From the NCBI GenBank assembly GCA_012727915.1, contig JAAYGD010000005.1, positions 1-36,356 on the forward strand: DNA of 36,356 nucleotides, given 5' to 3'. Shown here in pieces: positions 9,659 to 19,814 of the stretch (the stretch's first letter is position 1; each line of letters begins with the position of its first letter). Origin of the DNA: Mycoplasmatota bacterium (GTDB lineage Bacteria > Bacillota_I > Bacilli_A > RF39 > UBA660). The notes under the pieces were generated by a model that was not told the origin of the DNA, searched no databases, and saw only the letters and a program-made list of their open reading frames with translations. The translations under genes and the position numbers were made by a program.

Positions 9659-11210
9659 ATTTAGCTTCTTCAATTGCTCTTGTTTCTCTAATTACTGTAA
9701 CTTTTACAGTTCCTGGATATTGCATTTCTTCTTCTATTCTATCTTTTATGTCTCTTGCAATTTTATAACTCTTTAAATCATCTACTTGTTCAGGTTTAAC
9801 AATTACTCTTAATTCTCTTCCTGCTTGCATTGCAAATGATTTTTCTATTCCTTCAAAACTATTTGCTATAGTTTCTAATTGTTCTAATCTCTTAATATAA
9901 TTTTCTAAAGAATCATTTCTAGCACCAGGTCTTGATGCAGATAAAGCATCTGCTATAGCTATTAATACAGATATAATAGATTTTGCTTCAGTATCTCCAT
10001 GATGAGATTCTATTGAATTAATAACCACTTTATCTTCATTATATTTTTTAGCTATTTCAATTCCAACTTCAACATGACTTCCTTCCATTTCAAAGTCTAT
10101 AGCTTTTCCAATATCATGCAATAAACCAGCTCTTTTTGCTAACATTACGTTTTCGCCAATTTCACTTGCCATAATACCAGCTAAAGAAGCAACTTCCATT
10201 GAATGTTGTAAAGCATTTTGACCATAACTTGTTCTAAAATGTAATTTACCAATTATTTCTACAATAAATGGATCTATTTTGCTTAATCCTAATTCTAATA
10301 CTGCATTATTACCATATTCCATAATTTTAGAATTCATATCTTTACATACTTTATCATATAATTCTTCAATTCTTGCAGGATGAATTCTTCCATCTTTAAT
10401 TAAAGATTCTAATGTAATTTTTGCAATTTCTCTTCTTAAAGGATCAAAACTAGATATTACTATAGCTTCAGGAGTATCATCTATAATTAAATCAACACCA
10501 GTTACTGCTTCTATAGTTCTAATATTTCTTCCTTCTCTACCAATTATTCTACCCTTCATTTCATCATTAGGTAAATTTACAACCGATACAGTTTGTTCAT
10601 TAACTACATCAGATGAATATTTTTGCATTGATAAAACTAGTAAATCTTTTGCTTTTTTATCTACTTCTAATTTAGCTTCAGCTTCTTTTTCCTTTATAAC
10701 TTGCGCTATTTCCAATTCCATGCTCTCTTCTACTCTTTTTAATAATAGATCATGTGCTTTATCTTTGCTAAAACCAGAAATGTTCTCTAATAATTTTTCT
10801 TGTTCTTTTTTAATTTGTTCCACTTCATCTTCTTTTTTTTGGATTTCTCTTTGCTTTTGAGATAAGGCATTATCACGTTCTTCTAAAGATTTATCTCTAT
10901 TTTGTAATAATTCGTCTCTTTTGTCTATTTTTGCTTCTCTTTGAAACAATCTATCTTCTAAATCTTTAATTTCAGTTTTCCTGTCTTTTATTTCCTTTTC
11001 ATTGTCCATTTTTAATTTATGTATTTCTTCTTTTGCTTCTAAAACAGAATCTCTCTTTACTTTTTCAGATTCTTTTTTAGCTTTTTCAATTATCTCATCA
11101 GCTTTTTTTGTTGCACTATTACCTTTTCTATTGTTATATACAAAAACGGTGGTAGCACCAATTCCCAATCCAAATATAGAGGCTAAAATGGCTGTTCCTA
11201 ATAATCCCAT
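9657..11210 (-). CDS. rny: Ribonuclease Y
   Basis: N-terminal TM, coiled coil, KH domain ([14 protein letters not shown]), HD domain (LLHDIGK). Confidence 0.98.
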   Translation of the reverse strand: MGLLGTAILASIFGLGIGATTVFVYNNRKGNSATKKADEIIEKAKKESEKVKRDSVLEAKEEIHKLKMDNEKEIKDRKTEIKDLEDRLFQREAKIDKRDELLQNRDKSLEERDNALSQKQREIQKKEDEVEQIKKEQEKLLENISGFSKDKAHDLLLKRVEESMELEIAQVIKEKEAEAKLEVDKKAKDLLVLSMQKYSSDVVNEQTVSVVNLPNDEMKGRIIGREGRNIRTIEAVTGVDLIIDDTPEAIVISSFDPLRREIAKITLESLIKDGRIHPARIEELYDKVCKDMNSKIMEYGNNAVLELGLSKIDPFIVEIIGKLHFRTSYGQNALQHSMEVASLAGIMASEIGENVMLAKRAGLLHDIGKAIDFEMEGSHVEVGIEIAKKYNEDKVVINSIESHHGDTEAKSIISVLIAIADALSASRPGARNDSLENYIKRLEQLETIANSFEGIEKSFAMQAGRELRVIVKPEQVDDLKSYKIARDIKDRIEEEMQYPGTVKVTVIRETRAIEEAK

Positions 11211-11253
11211 GTATCCTCCATTTAAGTTTATTTATAATTTAAACTCTAAATAT

Positions 11254-11282
11254 ATTGTAAGTTTTATTCATTATAAAGTCAA
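11254..11282 (-). promoter_or_regulatory. Sigma-A promoter of rny
   Basis: TTGACT-17 nt-TACAAT. Confidence 0.6.
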
Positions 11283-11284
11283 GT

Positions 11285-11313
11285 AAAAAGGTTCCATCAA
11301 ATGGAACCTTTTT
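11285..11313 (-). terminator. Strong terminator after the 40-aa ORF
   Basis: Perfect inverted repeat AAAAAGGTTCCAT-CAA-ATGGAACCTTTTT. Confidence 0.85.
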
Positions 11314-11315
11314 AA

Positions 11316-11438
11316 CTATTTACTAATAAAATATTCTTGATATACTAGATATCCTTCGATCAAAATTAGAATAATAAGTAACATTGTAAGTAATACTCTT
11401 GCTAAAGATGATCTCTCTTCCCTTTTTTCTTCTTTCAT
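11316..11438 (-). CDS. Small single-TM protein, 40 aa (below the ORF-track cutoff)
   Basis: MKEEKREERSSLARVLLTMLLIILILIEGYLVYQEYFISK; AGGAG RBS 8 nt upstream; flanked by terminators. Confidence 0.75.
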   Translation of the reverse strand: MKEEKREERSSLARVLLTMLLIILILIEGYLVYQEYFISK

Positions 11439-11483
11439 ATTTATTCTCCTACTTATATATTATATTATACATTATTTACAAAT

Positions 11484-11511
11484 AAAAAAAATAGATTTAA
11501 TCTATTTTTTT
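11484..11511 (-). terminator. Terminator of infC-rpmI-rplT, overlapping the rplT stop
   Basis: Minus strand AAAAAATAGATT-A-AATCTATTTTTTTT. Confidence 0.55.
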
Positions 11512-12065
11512 GTTGTTTCTTTTTTTACTACTGGTTTTACATCTTTTTTTACTGTTGTTTTAGAAACTTCTTTAGTTGATTCTTTCTTTTCAACTGGTTT
11601 AGCAACTTTCTTTACTGTTTCTTTCTTTTCAACTGGTTTAGTATCTTCTTTCTTAGGTTCAGCTTTAACTTCTTTTTTTAATTCAACTTTCTTTGGTGAA
11701 TATTCTTTACCTTCTAAAGCAAGTTTTGAAATTTCTACTAAATCTTTAAAAGAACTAGGATTTGTAATTGCTATTTCTGATAACATCTTTCTGTTTACTG
11801 ATAATTTAGCTTTATTCAATCCGTTTATAAATTTTGAATAACTTATATTGTTTTCTCTACAAGCAGCATTTATTCTTGTAATCCATAATTTTCTAAAATC
11901 TCTTTTCTTTCTTTTTCTATCTTTATAAGCATAAGTTCCTGAATGTAATAATTGTTCTTTTGCTGTTTTATATAATCTATGTTTACTTCCAAAATATCCT
12001 TTTGCTTCTTTAAGAACTTTTTTTCTTCTATTTCTAGCGACTGTTCCGCCTTTAACTCTTGCCAT
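11502..12065 (-). CDS. rplT: 50S ribosomal protein L20 with a C-terminal K/E-rich extension
   Basis: MARVKGG...AKGYFG...[11 protein letters not shown]...NRKMLSEIA; position after rpmI. Confidence 0.97.
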   Translation of the reverse strand: MARVKGGTVARNRRKKVLKEAKGYFGSKHRLYKTAKEQLLHSGTYAYKDRKRKKRDFRKLWITRINAACRENNISYSKFINGLNKAKLSVNRKMLSEIAITNPSSFKDLVEISKLALEGKEYSPKKVELKKEVKAEPKKEDTKPVEKKETVKKVAKPVEKKESTKEVSKTTVKKDVKPVVKKETTKK

Positions 12066-12076
12066 ATTATTCCTCC

Positions 12077-12271
12077 TTAATATTTAACTGTCTTTAATCT
12101 TTTAGCATCGGATTTACTTAATGTAGACCCTTTTCTTTTTTTTCTGTTAATTTTAGCGTTCTTTTTACCAGTATTGTGTCTACTAATTGGTCTTCCTATT
12201 TTAGACGGACCTCCACTTGACCTAGTTTTTATTTTTTTACTAGTTGCTTTATGTGTCTTTAATTTTGGCAT
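12077..12271 (-). CDS. rpmI: 50S ribosomal protein L35
   Basis: MPKLKTHK start, 64 aa, basic, between infC and rplT. Confidence 0.93.
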   Translation of the reverse strand: MPKLKTHKATSKKIKTRSSGGPSKIGRPISRHNTGKKNAKINRKKRKGSTLSKSDAKRLKTVKY

Positions 12272-12280
12272 AATTCCTCC

Positions 12281-12808
12281 TTATTTTTTCTTAGGCACTA
12301 ATATTATAGACATTGTTTTAAATTCAAATCTTGGTTTTGATTCTGTTTCAGATACTTCTTCTAATGCTTTTGCAAATCTTAAAAGAACTTCTTCTCCTAA
12401 TTCAGTATGTGATAATTGTCTACCTTTAAATCTGATAGAAGCTTTTACTTTGTTGCCTTTTTCCAAGTATTTTCTAGCATTTATAACTCTAGTATCAAAA
12501 TCATGAATATCTATTGTAACTGACAATCTATATTCTTTTAATTCTAAGTTAGTTTCTCTTTGCTTTTTTTCACTTTCTTTTTGCTTTTTCTTCTTTTCAT
12601 ATTTAAATTTTTTATAATCCATTAATTTTGCAACTGGTGGGGTTGTATTTGGATTTATTAAAACCAAATCAAAACCAGCATACTCTGCAAGTACTTGAGC
12701 GTCTTCTTTAGACTTAACTCCAAGTTGTTCTCCTTTAGGACCAATAACCAAAAATTGTTTTAAATTGATTTGTTCATTTATTAACAAATCCTTTTCCCTA
12801 TTTGCTAT
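12281..12808 (-). CDS. infC: Translation initiation factor IF-3 (probable ATA start)
   Basis: INEQI...GEQLGV...PPVAKLMDYKKFKYE...VKASIRFKGRQ; RBS GGAGGTG lies 6 nt before the ATA at 12808. Confidence 0.95.
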   Translation of the reverse strand: MANREKDLLINEQINLKQFLVIGPKGEQLGVKSKEDAQVLAEYAGFDLVLINPNTTPPVAKLMDYKKFKYEKKKKQKESEKKQRETNLELKEYRLSVTIDIHDFDTRVINARKYLEKGNKVKASIRFKGRQLSHTELGEEVLLRFAKALEEVSETESKPRFEFKTMSIILVPKKK

Positions 12809-12823
12809 AAAAAGCACCTCCAA

Positions 12824-12937
12824 TAAAAAAGGTAAATACCGACAATATTCACCCTAAAAAACCATAAATCACTAATTTATATTCGGCTTTTTAACCCAAA
12901 ACATCAAGTAATCGGGTGAGATATATATCTGCTTTCC
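12824..12937 (-). ncRNA. Ribosomal protein L20 leader (autogenous control of infC-rpmI-rplT)
   Basis: 5'UTR with AAGCAGA...CTCACC motif, as in Bacillota L20 leaders, ending in a GGGTGAATATTG-T-CGGTATTTACCT hairpin plus T tract. Confidence 0.7.
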
Positions 12938-12954
12938 TTTTCAAATTTGATTTA

Positions 12955-12983
12955 ATTATATATTATCAATAATTATAAGTCAA
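12955..12983 (-). promoter_or_regulatory. Sigma-A promoter of the infC operon
   Basis: TTGACT-17 nt-TATAAT. Confidence 0.8.
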
Positions 12984-12987
12984 GTAA

Positions 12988-14145
12988 TTATTTAAAAAAA
13001 ACATAATATATTAACGTTGCTATTGCAATAGAAATAGCAATTATTCCACTAGTTCTTTCTTGTTTACTTGATTTATTCTTTATTCCTGTTGAATATGATA
13101 ATAAAATACCACCCATTAATCCCCCTAAATGTGCAGCATTATTTATACCGGGAGTTACAAATCCAATAAATATATTTAAAATAATTACTGGTAGTATTTG
13201 TCTTATTAAAACATTTCCTAAGTATGCTCTATAATTATATCCAAAATATAACAAAGCTCCAAACAATCCAAATACAGCTCCACTAGCACCTGCCGATATA
13301 GTTGAAATATCTAAAAAAACTAAAGATACTAAAGAAGATACAATAATACTTCCAAAATATATAATTAAAAATTTAATTTTTCCAAAATAATTTTCAACTT
13401 GAGATCCAACTACATATAATGCCCACATATTAAACATAATATGAAATAATCCAATATGCAAAAAGGCTGAAGTTATAATTCTAAAATATTCATTATTTAT
13501 CAATATATGTGCCTTAGATAAAGCTCCAAACTTTATTAAAGTATTTATATCTTCACTACCATTTCCAAATAAATACATTAATAAAAATATTAATATATTA
13601 ATTGCTATTAAAACATATGTAATAATAGGTTTTTTACTATTAAATAAAGATTCCGCTTCAAGGGTTTTTTTCTTATTAATATTATTTAAATCTGAAGTTA
13701 TTTTAGTAAATAATTCAACATCAGGTTCATTTTTAACCATCTTAGTATTAATATCAGAAAATGCCTCTTTAATTTCTTTTGATAAAATAATATCTTCTTC
13801 TTTTTTTACTATTATTGAATCAATATTTTCTTCTTTTTTTAATTCAACATATTCACTTAAATCAGTAAATATTGATAATGTTTTTACTCTAAATGATAAA
13901 GTCTTTAATTTTATTTGATGTATTATCTTTTTTGTTTTAAATAGATCAAAATCATATTGAGTATTATTATGTATATATCCAGTCATTATCCTTACTATTC
14001 TATATGGTCCATCAACATTCTCAAGCCATATTTCATTTTCTATTCCTCTTAATATTATTGGGCTATATCCTTTCTCTGTAATAAAATAATGTAATAATTT
14101 CATTACTATCATATCTTTATCTCTAAATAATATTTGTTCTTTCAT
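12988..14145 (-). CDS. Rhomboid family intramembrane serine protease (GluP/YqgP-like)
   Basis: Soluble N-terminal domain; FLHIGLFHIMFNM; catalytic GASG; AHLGG. Confidence 0.93.
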   Translation of the reverse strand: MKEQILFRDKDMIVMKLLHYFITEKGYSPIILRGIENEIWLENVDGPYRIVRIMTGYIHNNTQYDFDLFKTKKIIHQIKLKTLSFRVKTLSIFTDLSEYVELKKEENIDSIIVKKEEDIILSKEIKEAFSDINTKMVKNEPDVELFTKITSDLNNINKKKTLEAESLFNSKKPIITYVLIAINILIFLLMYLFGNGSEDINTLIKFGALSKAHILINNEYFRIITSAFLHIGLFHIMFNMWALYVVGSQVENYFGKIKFLIIYFGSIIVSSLVSLVFLDISTISAGASGAVFGLFGALLYFGYNYRAYLGNVLIRQILPVIILNIFIGFVTPGINNAAHLGGLMGGILLSYSTGIKNKSSKQERTSGIIAISIAIATLIYYVFFK

Positions 14146-15527
14146 TTTTCCTCCTCAACTATATGCCTTCCAACATATACTCCATTTGAATTGGATTGAA
14201 TAATTCCCCTTGTTATTCCTGCTCCATCTCCTAATGCATAAAGATTCTTTAAATTAGTTTGAAAATTTGAATCTACTATTACTTTATTATTATAAAATTT
14301 ACACTCTACTCCATAAAGTAAAGTCTCTGCAGAATTGAAACCAGGAGCAACTCCATTTAATGCTTCAATCATTTCTTCTATAGATTTAATTATTCTATAA
14401 GGTAATACTAAAGATAAATCTCCAGGAACAGCATCTTTTAAAGTAGGAACAATGTTTCCTCTCATCAATCTTTCTTCAGTAGTTCTTCTTCCTCTTTTTA
14501 AATCTCCATATCTTTGCACTAATACTTTACCATCAGCAAGCATATTAGCAAGTTTAGCAATCGATTTAGCGTACCCAATAGAGTCTTTAAATGGTTGAGT
14601 AAATGTCTTAGATACTAACAACGCTAAATTAGTATTATTTGTTTTTGAGTCTTTATATGAATGCCCATTAACTGTAATAAGATTATCTTCATATCTTTCT
14701 ATTACTACTTCACCTGATGGATTTTGACAAAAAGTTCTAACAGTATCATCAAATGTTTTACTATTATAAATAAATTTACCTTCATATAGGTATTTATTTA
14801 TATTTTCCATTACTTCATTTCTTACTTCTACTCTAACTCCAATATCAACAACTGAAGGTATAGCTTCAATATTATGATTATGGCAAATATTTCTTAACCA
14901 TTCGGAACCTTCTCTACCAACAGATAATACTACATATTTAGCTTTTATAGTTTCATCTTTAGTTTTAACTCCTTTTACTACATTATTTTCTATAATTAAA
15001 TCTTCAACCATAGTTCTAAACTTAAAATCCACACCCTTTTCTTTCAAATATTCTTCAATCTTTGAATATATTTCATAACTTTGGTCTGTTCCTAAATGTC
15101 TTAAGGGGTACACTATTAATTTTAAATTATTCTTTATAGCTTCGACTTCAATTTCTTTTATTTTATCAATATGATCATTTCCATATATTTTATCATCAGC
15201 TCCAAAAGACAAATATACTGAATCTACATAATCTATTAATTCTTGAGTTTTTTCATATCCTAAATAATTTTTTAGATTACCACCAACATCTGGAGATAAA
15301 GTTAATTTTCCATCACTAAAAGCTCCAGCTCCTGAAAAACCTGTAGTAATATTACAAGGATTACAATTCATACATTTTCCTGTTGTTCTTTTAGGACATA
15401 CTCTTTTTTTAATTGAATTTCCTTTTTCAATCATAAGTACTTTTAAATTACTATTCTTTACTATTTCTAAAGCAGTAAAAATACCAGAACATCCAGCACC
15501 CACTATTACTACATCATATTTTTGCAC
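14142..15527 (-). CDS. FAD-dependent oxidoreductase of an uncharacterised family, with a Cys cluster
   Basis: VGAGCSG Rossmann motif, GAGAFSDGKL, RTFCQNPSG, GDGAGITRG. Confidence 0.88.
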   Translation of the reverse strand: MQKYDVVIVGAGCSGIFTALEIVKNSNLKVLMIEKGNSIKKRVCPKRTTGKCMNCNPCNITTGFSGAGAFSDGKLTLSPDVGGNLKNYLGYEKTQELIDYVDSVYLSFGADDKIYGNDHIDKIKEIEVEAIKNNLKLIVYPLRHLGTDQSYEIYSKIEEYLKEKGVDFKFRTMVEDLIIENNVVKGVKTKDETIKAKYVVLSVGREGSEWLRNICHNHNIEAIPSVVDIGVRVEVRNEVMENINKYLYEGKFIYNSKTFDDTVRTFCQNPSGEVVIERYEDNLITVNGHSYKDSKTNNTNLALLVSKTFTQPFKDSIGYAKSIAKLANMLADGKVLVQRYGDLKRGRRTTEERLMRGNIVPTLKDAVPGDLSLVLPYRIIKSIEEMIEALNGVAPGFNSAETLLYGVECKFYNNKVIVDSNFQTNLKNLYALGDGAGITRGIIQSNSNGVYVGRHIVEEEK

Positions 15528-16414
15528 TATTCCTCCTCATATTTTTTTAATATTTCATAAAATTCTTTTTCAGCATCAACACTAAATTCCATATATTCTT
15601 TAGTAATAGGATGATTGAATCCTATTGTCTTAGCGTGTAACATCTGACCATAATCATTTATAATTTGTTTTCCATAAACTGAATCATTTATTATTGGATA
15701 TCCTATATATTTCATATGAACTCTAATTTGATGTGTTCTTCCAGTATCAAGTTTACACTCTATTAATGTTGCAGTCTTATATCTTTTTAAAACTTTAAAA
15801 TTAGTAATAGCATTCTTACTATTAACATCAGTTACGTTCATTTTTTTTCTATCATTTAAATCTCTTCCAATTGGAGCATCAATAGTTCCCGTATCATGAG
15901 GAATTACTCCACTTACTAACGCTAAATATATTCTATTAACATTTCTTTTTTGAATTTCTTTGCTTAAATAAAAATGTGTATCATCATCTTTAGCAATTAA
16001 TAACAAACCACTAGTATCTTTATCGATTCTATGCACTATTCCAGCCCTATTGTTATCATTTGATAAATTATAATGGTACATAATCCCATTTACCAAAGTA
16101 TCGTTATAATGGCCAATAGATGGGTGTACAACCATACCACTAGGTTTATTAATTACTAAAAGATATTTATCTTCATAAACTATATCTAAATTCATTTTAA
16201 CTGGTAAAACATCATTAGTTTCTTCAATTATATCTTCTATTTTTATTTCATCATCTACTCTAACTATATGACTACTTTTAACAATAGCATCATTAACTAA
16301 TATTTTTTCTTCTTCAATTAATTTTTGTATTCTACTTCTACTAATATTTAATATATCTATCAAATATTTATCTATTCTTATATCACTTTTTTCGTCTACT
16401 GATATTAATTTCAT
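15527..16414 (-). CDS. rluD: RluA-family pseudouridine synthase (RluD-like, S4 domain)
   Basis: RIDKYL, NKPSGMVVHP, HRIDKDTSG and TGRTHQIRVH motifs; follows lspA. Confidence 0.93.
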   Translation of the reverse strand: MKLISVDEKSDIRIDKYLIDILNISRSRIQKLIEEEKILVNDAIVKSSHIVRVDDEIKIEDIIEETNDVLPVKMNLDIVYEDKYLLVINKPSGMVVHPSIGHYNDTLVNGIMYHYNLSNDNNRAGIVHRIDKDTSGLLLIAKDDDTHFYLSKEIQKRNVNRIYLALVSGVIPHDTGTIDAPIGRDLNDRKKMNVTDVNSKNAITNFKVLKRYKTATLIECKLDTGRTHQIRVHMKYIGYPIINDSVYGKQIINDYGQMLHAKTIGFNHPITKEYMEFSVDAEKEFYEILKKYEEE

Positions 16415-16871
16415 TAGTTTCTCCTTTAGATATAAACATATTAAATATTATAATCATAAATCCAATTACCATACACATATCTGCCAAATTAAATACCGGG
16501 AAATTATATCCAAAAAAATAAAAATCAAGGTAATCAATAATATATCCATACATTATTCTATCTATAAAATTTCCTAATATTCCCCCTAATACTAATGCAT
16601 AAGATATAGCTTCTAATTTAACTATGTTTTTATCAATTATTACATACCTAATTAATCCCACCAAAGCAATGATAGATAATATAATAAATATTATTCCTCC
16701 ATCTTGCAAAATCCCAAATGCAGCACCAGTATTATTTATATTAGTTATGTAAAAAAAGTTTTTAATTACTTTTATACTATCCGCAAAAGCAACATTACTT
16801 ACTATAATATTTTTAATTATTTGATCTAAAATTGCTATTACTGCACCAAAACTCAATATTTTTTTATACAT
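16383..16871 (-). CDS. lspA: Lipoprotein signal peptidase II
   Basis: NTGAAFG, GNFIDR, IIDYL and FPVFNLAD motifs; start moved to the ATG at 16871. Confidence 0.95.
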   Translation of the reverse strand: MYKKILSFGAVIAILDQIIKNIIVSNVAFADSIKVIKNFFYITNINNTGAAFGILQDGGIIFIILSIIALVGLIRYVIIDKNIVKLEAISYALVLGGILGNFIDRIMYGYIIDYLDFYFFGYNFPVFNLADMCMVIGFMIIIFNMFISKGETNEINISRRKK

Positions 16872-16905
16872 AAAAATCACCACTCCAATTGTATCAAAAA
16901 AAATT

Positions 16906-16924
16906 AAAAAGGACAATGTCCTTT
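16906..16924 (-). terminator. Probable terminator
   Basis: Minus strand AAAGGAC-ATT-GTCCTTT followed by TTAATTTTTTT. Confidence 0.55.
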
Positions 16925-17489
16925 ATTTTATATCAACTTCAAAATCTTTTATCTTATCTTCATCATAATGTCTTATTTCTATGTTAAAATCTCCTTTATT
17001 AATATCCATTTTATCTAAATCTTTATTTTCATCATAATATAAATTAAGTTCGACTTTTTCACTATCTATATATAATCTAAGAGTATTATCTGTTTTCTCC
17101 CTTATTTCATATTCTTTTTCTAATAATGAATTCAAATACTGAATATCAATTATATTTATATCTAATCCTTCAATAATTGAACCATCATATTTTTCAAAAT
17201 AATCACCATTTTTAATATAGAGATCTTTATCATTTAAATAATAATACGTTTCTATATTATTTTCTTTTTTGGTTATTAAGGATTTTAATCCATACACCTT
17301 ACCAGTTAATTCAATATTTTCATTTACTATACAACTATATGCATAGTTTTTTACCATTATTACTTGCTCACCCTTTGGATCTATTATTTTTTTAGCAATA
17401 TCATCTTTTTTATTAAATATAAAAAAGATATACGCAAACAAAAAAACATAAAATACTAAATACAATAACTTCTTAGTTTTTTCATTCAT
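16923..17489 (-). CDS. Hypothetical protein with an N-terminal membrane anchor
   Basis: RBS GAGGA, one N-terminal TM helix, beta-rich remainder. Confidence 0.7.
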   Translation of the reverse strand: MNEKTKKLLYLVFYVFLFAYIFFIFNKKDDIAKKIIDPKGEQVIMVKNYAYSCIVNENIELTGKVYGLKSLITKKENNIETYYYLNDKDLYIKNGDYFEKYDGSIIEGLDINIIDIQYLNSLLEKEYEIREKTDNTLRLYIDSEKVELNLYYDENKDLDKMDINKGDFNIEIRHYDEDKIKDFEVDIK

Positions 17490-17498
17490 AAAATCCTC

Positions 17499-18404
17499 CT
17501 AGTTAAAATACATACCTACTATATTTCTTCCATTAGTAAATTCTTTATAATTCATTTTTCTTTTTCCTTCTAGTTGTAGTGATTCAATTAAAATTATACC
17601 ATCATTAGTTTTAACCCTAATTCCATCTTTAATATCTATTATTTCTCCAATATTACCAGGATAATTTCCTATTAATTTAGATGCTTCCCAAATCTTACAT
17701 ATTTTTCCATCTAAAAAACTATATGATCCTGGCCATGGATTTAAACCTCTTATTTTATTATATATATTATAAGTAGAATCATTCCAATCTATTTTCTCAT
17801 CTTCCCTTTTTATATTATATGCATAAGTGGCTTCTTCATTATTTTGTTTAACTCTATTAATATTATTATTAATTATATTAGGTAAAGTTTTTTCCAATAA
17901 ATCTCTTCCTAAAAAACTAAGTCTATCATGCAATGAACCAACATTTTCTGTTTCTCCGATCATTATTTTTTCAAATGAAATAATATCCCCAGTATCCATT
18001 CCTTCATCCATAAACATTATTGTAATACCAGTTTCAGTATATCCATTTAAAATTGCTCTATGAATTGGTGCACCTCCCCTTAAGTTTGGCAGTATTGATG
18101 CATGAACATTAATACAACCATACTTAGGACAAGCTAAAATTTCTTTAGGAATTATTTGGCCATATGCACAAGTTACTATTATATCTGGTTTTTCATTTAA
18201 TACTTCTTGAAATTCTTTTCTGATTTTAATTGGTTGAAATATTTTTATATTATTCTTTTCAGCGATTATTTTAATTGGACTTTTTTTATTATCTTTATCA
18301 GGTTGAGTAACTACTCCAATAACATTTGTATTTTCAATTAAATACTCAAAAACAGGAACAGAAAATATAGGTGTTCCCATAAATATTACTCTCAAATTTT
18401 TCAT
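17499..18404 (-). CDS. fmt: Methionyl-tRNA formyltransferase
   Basis: IFMGTP, VVTQPD and INVHASILPNLRGGAPIH motifs; start at ATG 18404 (TAATG overlap). Confidence 0.97.
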   Translation of the reverse strand: MKNLRVIFMGTPIFSVPVFEYLIENTNVIGVVTQPDKDNKKSPIKIIAEKNNIKIFQPIKIRKEFQEVLNEKPDIIVTCAYGQIIPKEILACPKYGCINVHASILPNLRGGAPIHRAILNGYTETGITIMFMDEGMDTGDIISFEKIMIGETENVGSLHDRLSFLGRDLLEKTLPNIINNNINRVKQNNEEATYAYNIKREDEKIDWNDSTYNIYNKIRGLNPWPGSYSFLDGKICKIWEASKLIGNYPGNIGEIIDIKDGIRVKTNDGIILIESLQLEGKRKMNYKEFTNGRNIVGMYFN

Positions 18405-18745
18405 TATATCCACCTTGTAACTGGTTTAACTCTCTTATTAGGATTATATTGTTCAAAAAAATTAACAAAGAAATCAATAAAAGCTTCTAAATATGAATCA
18501 TCATCTTTTACAATTGCGTCCACATTAATTATTGATTGAAGTTCTAAAGAAAAATAATAATCCTCTATATATATATACATAGCTTCATCCAATTCTCTAG
18601 CTTTCTTTATACACTCTTCATTATCTAGTTTACATGAACCAACATACTTCTTATAATAATGAACCAATTTTTTACTAAAATTATCATCATCCATAAATTC
18701 ACAATTAACTATTTCATTATAATGTTTAAATAATTTATTATTCAT
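18404..18745 (-). CDS. Hypothetical protein, 113 aa
   Basis: RBS GGAGG; tightly coupled to rseP and fmt. Confidence 0.7.
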   Translation of the reverse strand: MNNKLFKHYNEIVNCEFMDDDNFSKKLVHYYKKYVGSCKLDNEECIKKARELDEAMYIYIEDYYFSLELQSIINVDAIVKDDDSYLEAFIDFFVNFFEQYNPNKRVKPVTRWI

Positions 18746-18747
18746 AT

Positions 18748-19806
18748 TTACCTCCCCAATAACTTTCCTATATCACTAAATGTAATAATAGCCATCAATA
18801 TCATTAACAATGAAAATCCAATCATATTAACCGTATTTTCTATTTTGATTGGAATAGGTTTTCTTCTTACTTTTTCAATAATTAAAAACAATACTCTTCC
18901 TCCATCAAATGCTGGAAATGGAATTAAATTTATAAATCCAACATTAATACCTAGAAACGCTACTAAAGTTAATACTGATTCAAATCCAGAATCTACACTA
19001 GCCTCTACAACACTATATATTCCAACCGGACCCGCAAGATTATCAACACCTAGCTTTCCTACAATCAATCTATTTATTACTTTAAACATAGAAACAATTG
19101 TATTTTTAAATTCTATAAATGGATAAGTAATAACATCAATAAAGCCTTTCTTATCCTTTTGTATTATTTCAAAGCCAAATACATAACTTTCTTCTTCTAA
19201 TTCCAAATTTTTTGTTGGTATAATAAACACATTTTTAAGTTCCCCTTTAGAATCTTCAACTTTAAAATTAATTCCATCTTTTACATATTCGGTTTCAATT
19301 AAAACCATATATAAATCATCAATAGAGTTAGTTTTATATTTTCCTACTTCTAATATTTTATCTCCTTCTTTTAGTTCAGAATTATATGCATTATATCCTT
19401 CTAATAATTTTCCTACATAAGGACTGGGATCTTTTGCGCCATATATAATTGCTATTAAAAATAATACTAATATAGACAATATAAAATTAAATGAAGCTCC
19501 CGCAATCATAATTGTAAATCTTTCAAAAAAGGTTTTACTTTGAATTTTTTTAGATTTAGGAATTTTTTTATCATCTTCTATTTCTTCACCAGCTATACTG
19601 ACATAACCTCCAATAGGTAAAGCTTTAATAAAATATTCAGTTTCATCATTTTTTCTTTTGAATTTACGAATTGTAGGACCCATCCCAATTGAAAAAGCAT
19701 AAACATGAACTCCTGCTCTTTTAGCAAAAATAAAATGGCCCAATTCATGAACAAATATAATTATACCAAGTATAAAAATAAAAATTAATATATTTATTAC
19801 CCACAT
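18748..19806 (-). CDS. rseP: Site-2 (M50) zinc metalloprotease RseP/RasP with PDZ domain
   Basis: HELGH, LPIGGYV and NLIPFPAFDGG motifs. Confidence 0.95.
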   Translation of the reverse strand: MWVINILIFIFILGIIIFVHELGHFIFAKRAGVHVYAFSIGMGPTIRKFKRKNDETEYFIKALPIGGYVSIAGEEIEDDKKIPKSKKIQSKTFFERFTIMIAGASFNFILSILVLFLIAIIYGAKDPSPYVGKLLEGYNAYNSELKEGDKILEVGKYKTNSIDDLYMVLIETEYVKDGINFKVEDSKGELKNVFIIPTKNLELEEESYVFGFEIIQKDKKGFIDVITYPFIEFKNTIVSMFKVINRLIVGKLGVDNLAGPVGIYSVVEASVDSGFESVLTLVAFLGINVGFINLIPFPAFDGGRVLFLIIEKVRRKPIPIKIENTVNMIGFSLLMILMAIITFSDIGKLLGR

Positions 19807-19814
19807 AAAGCCTC

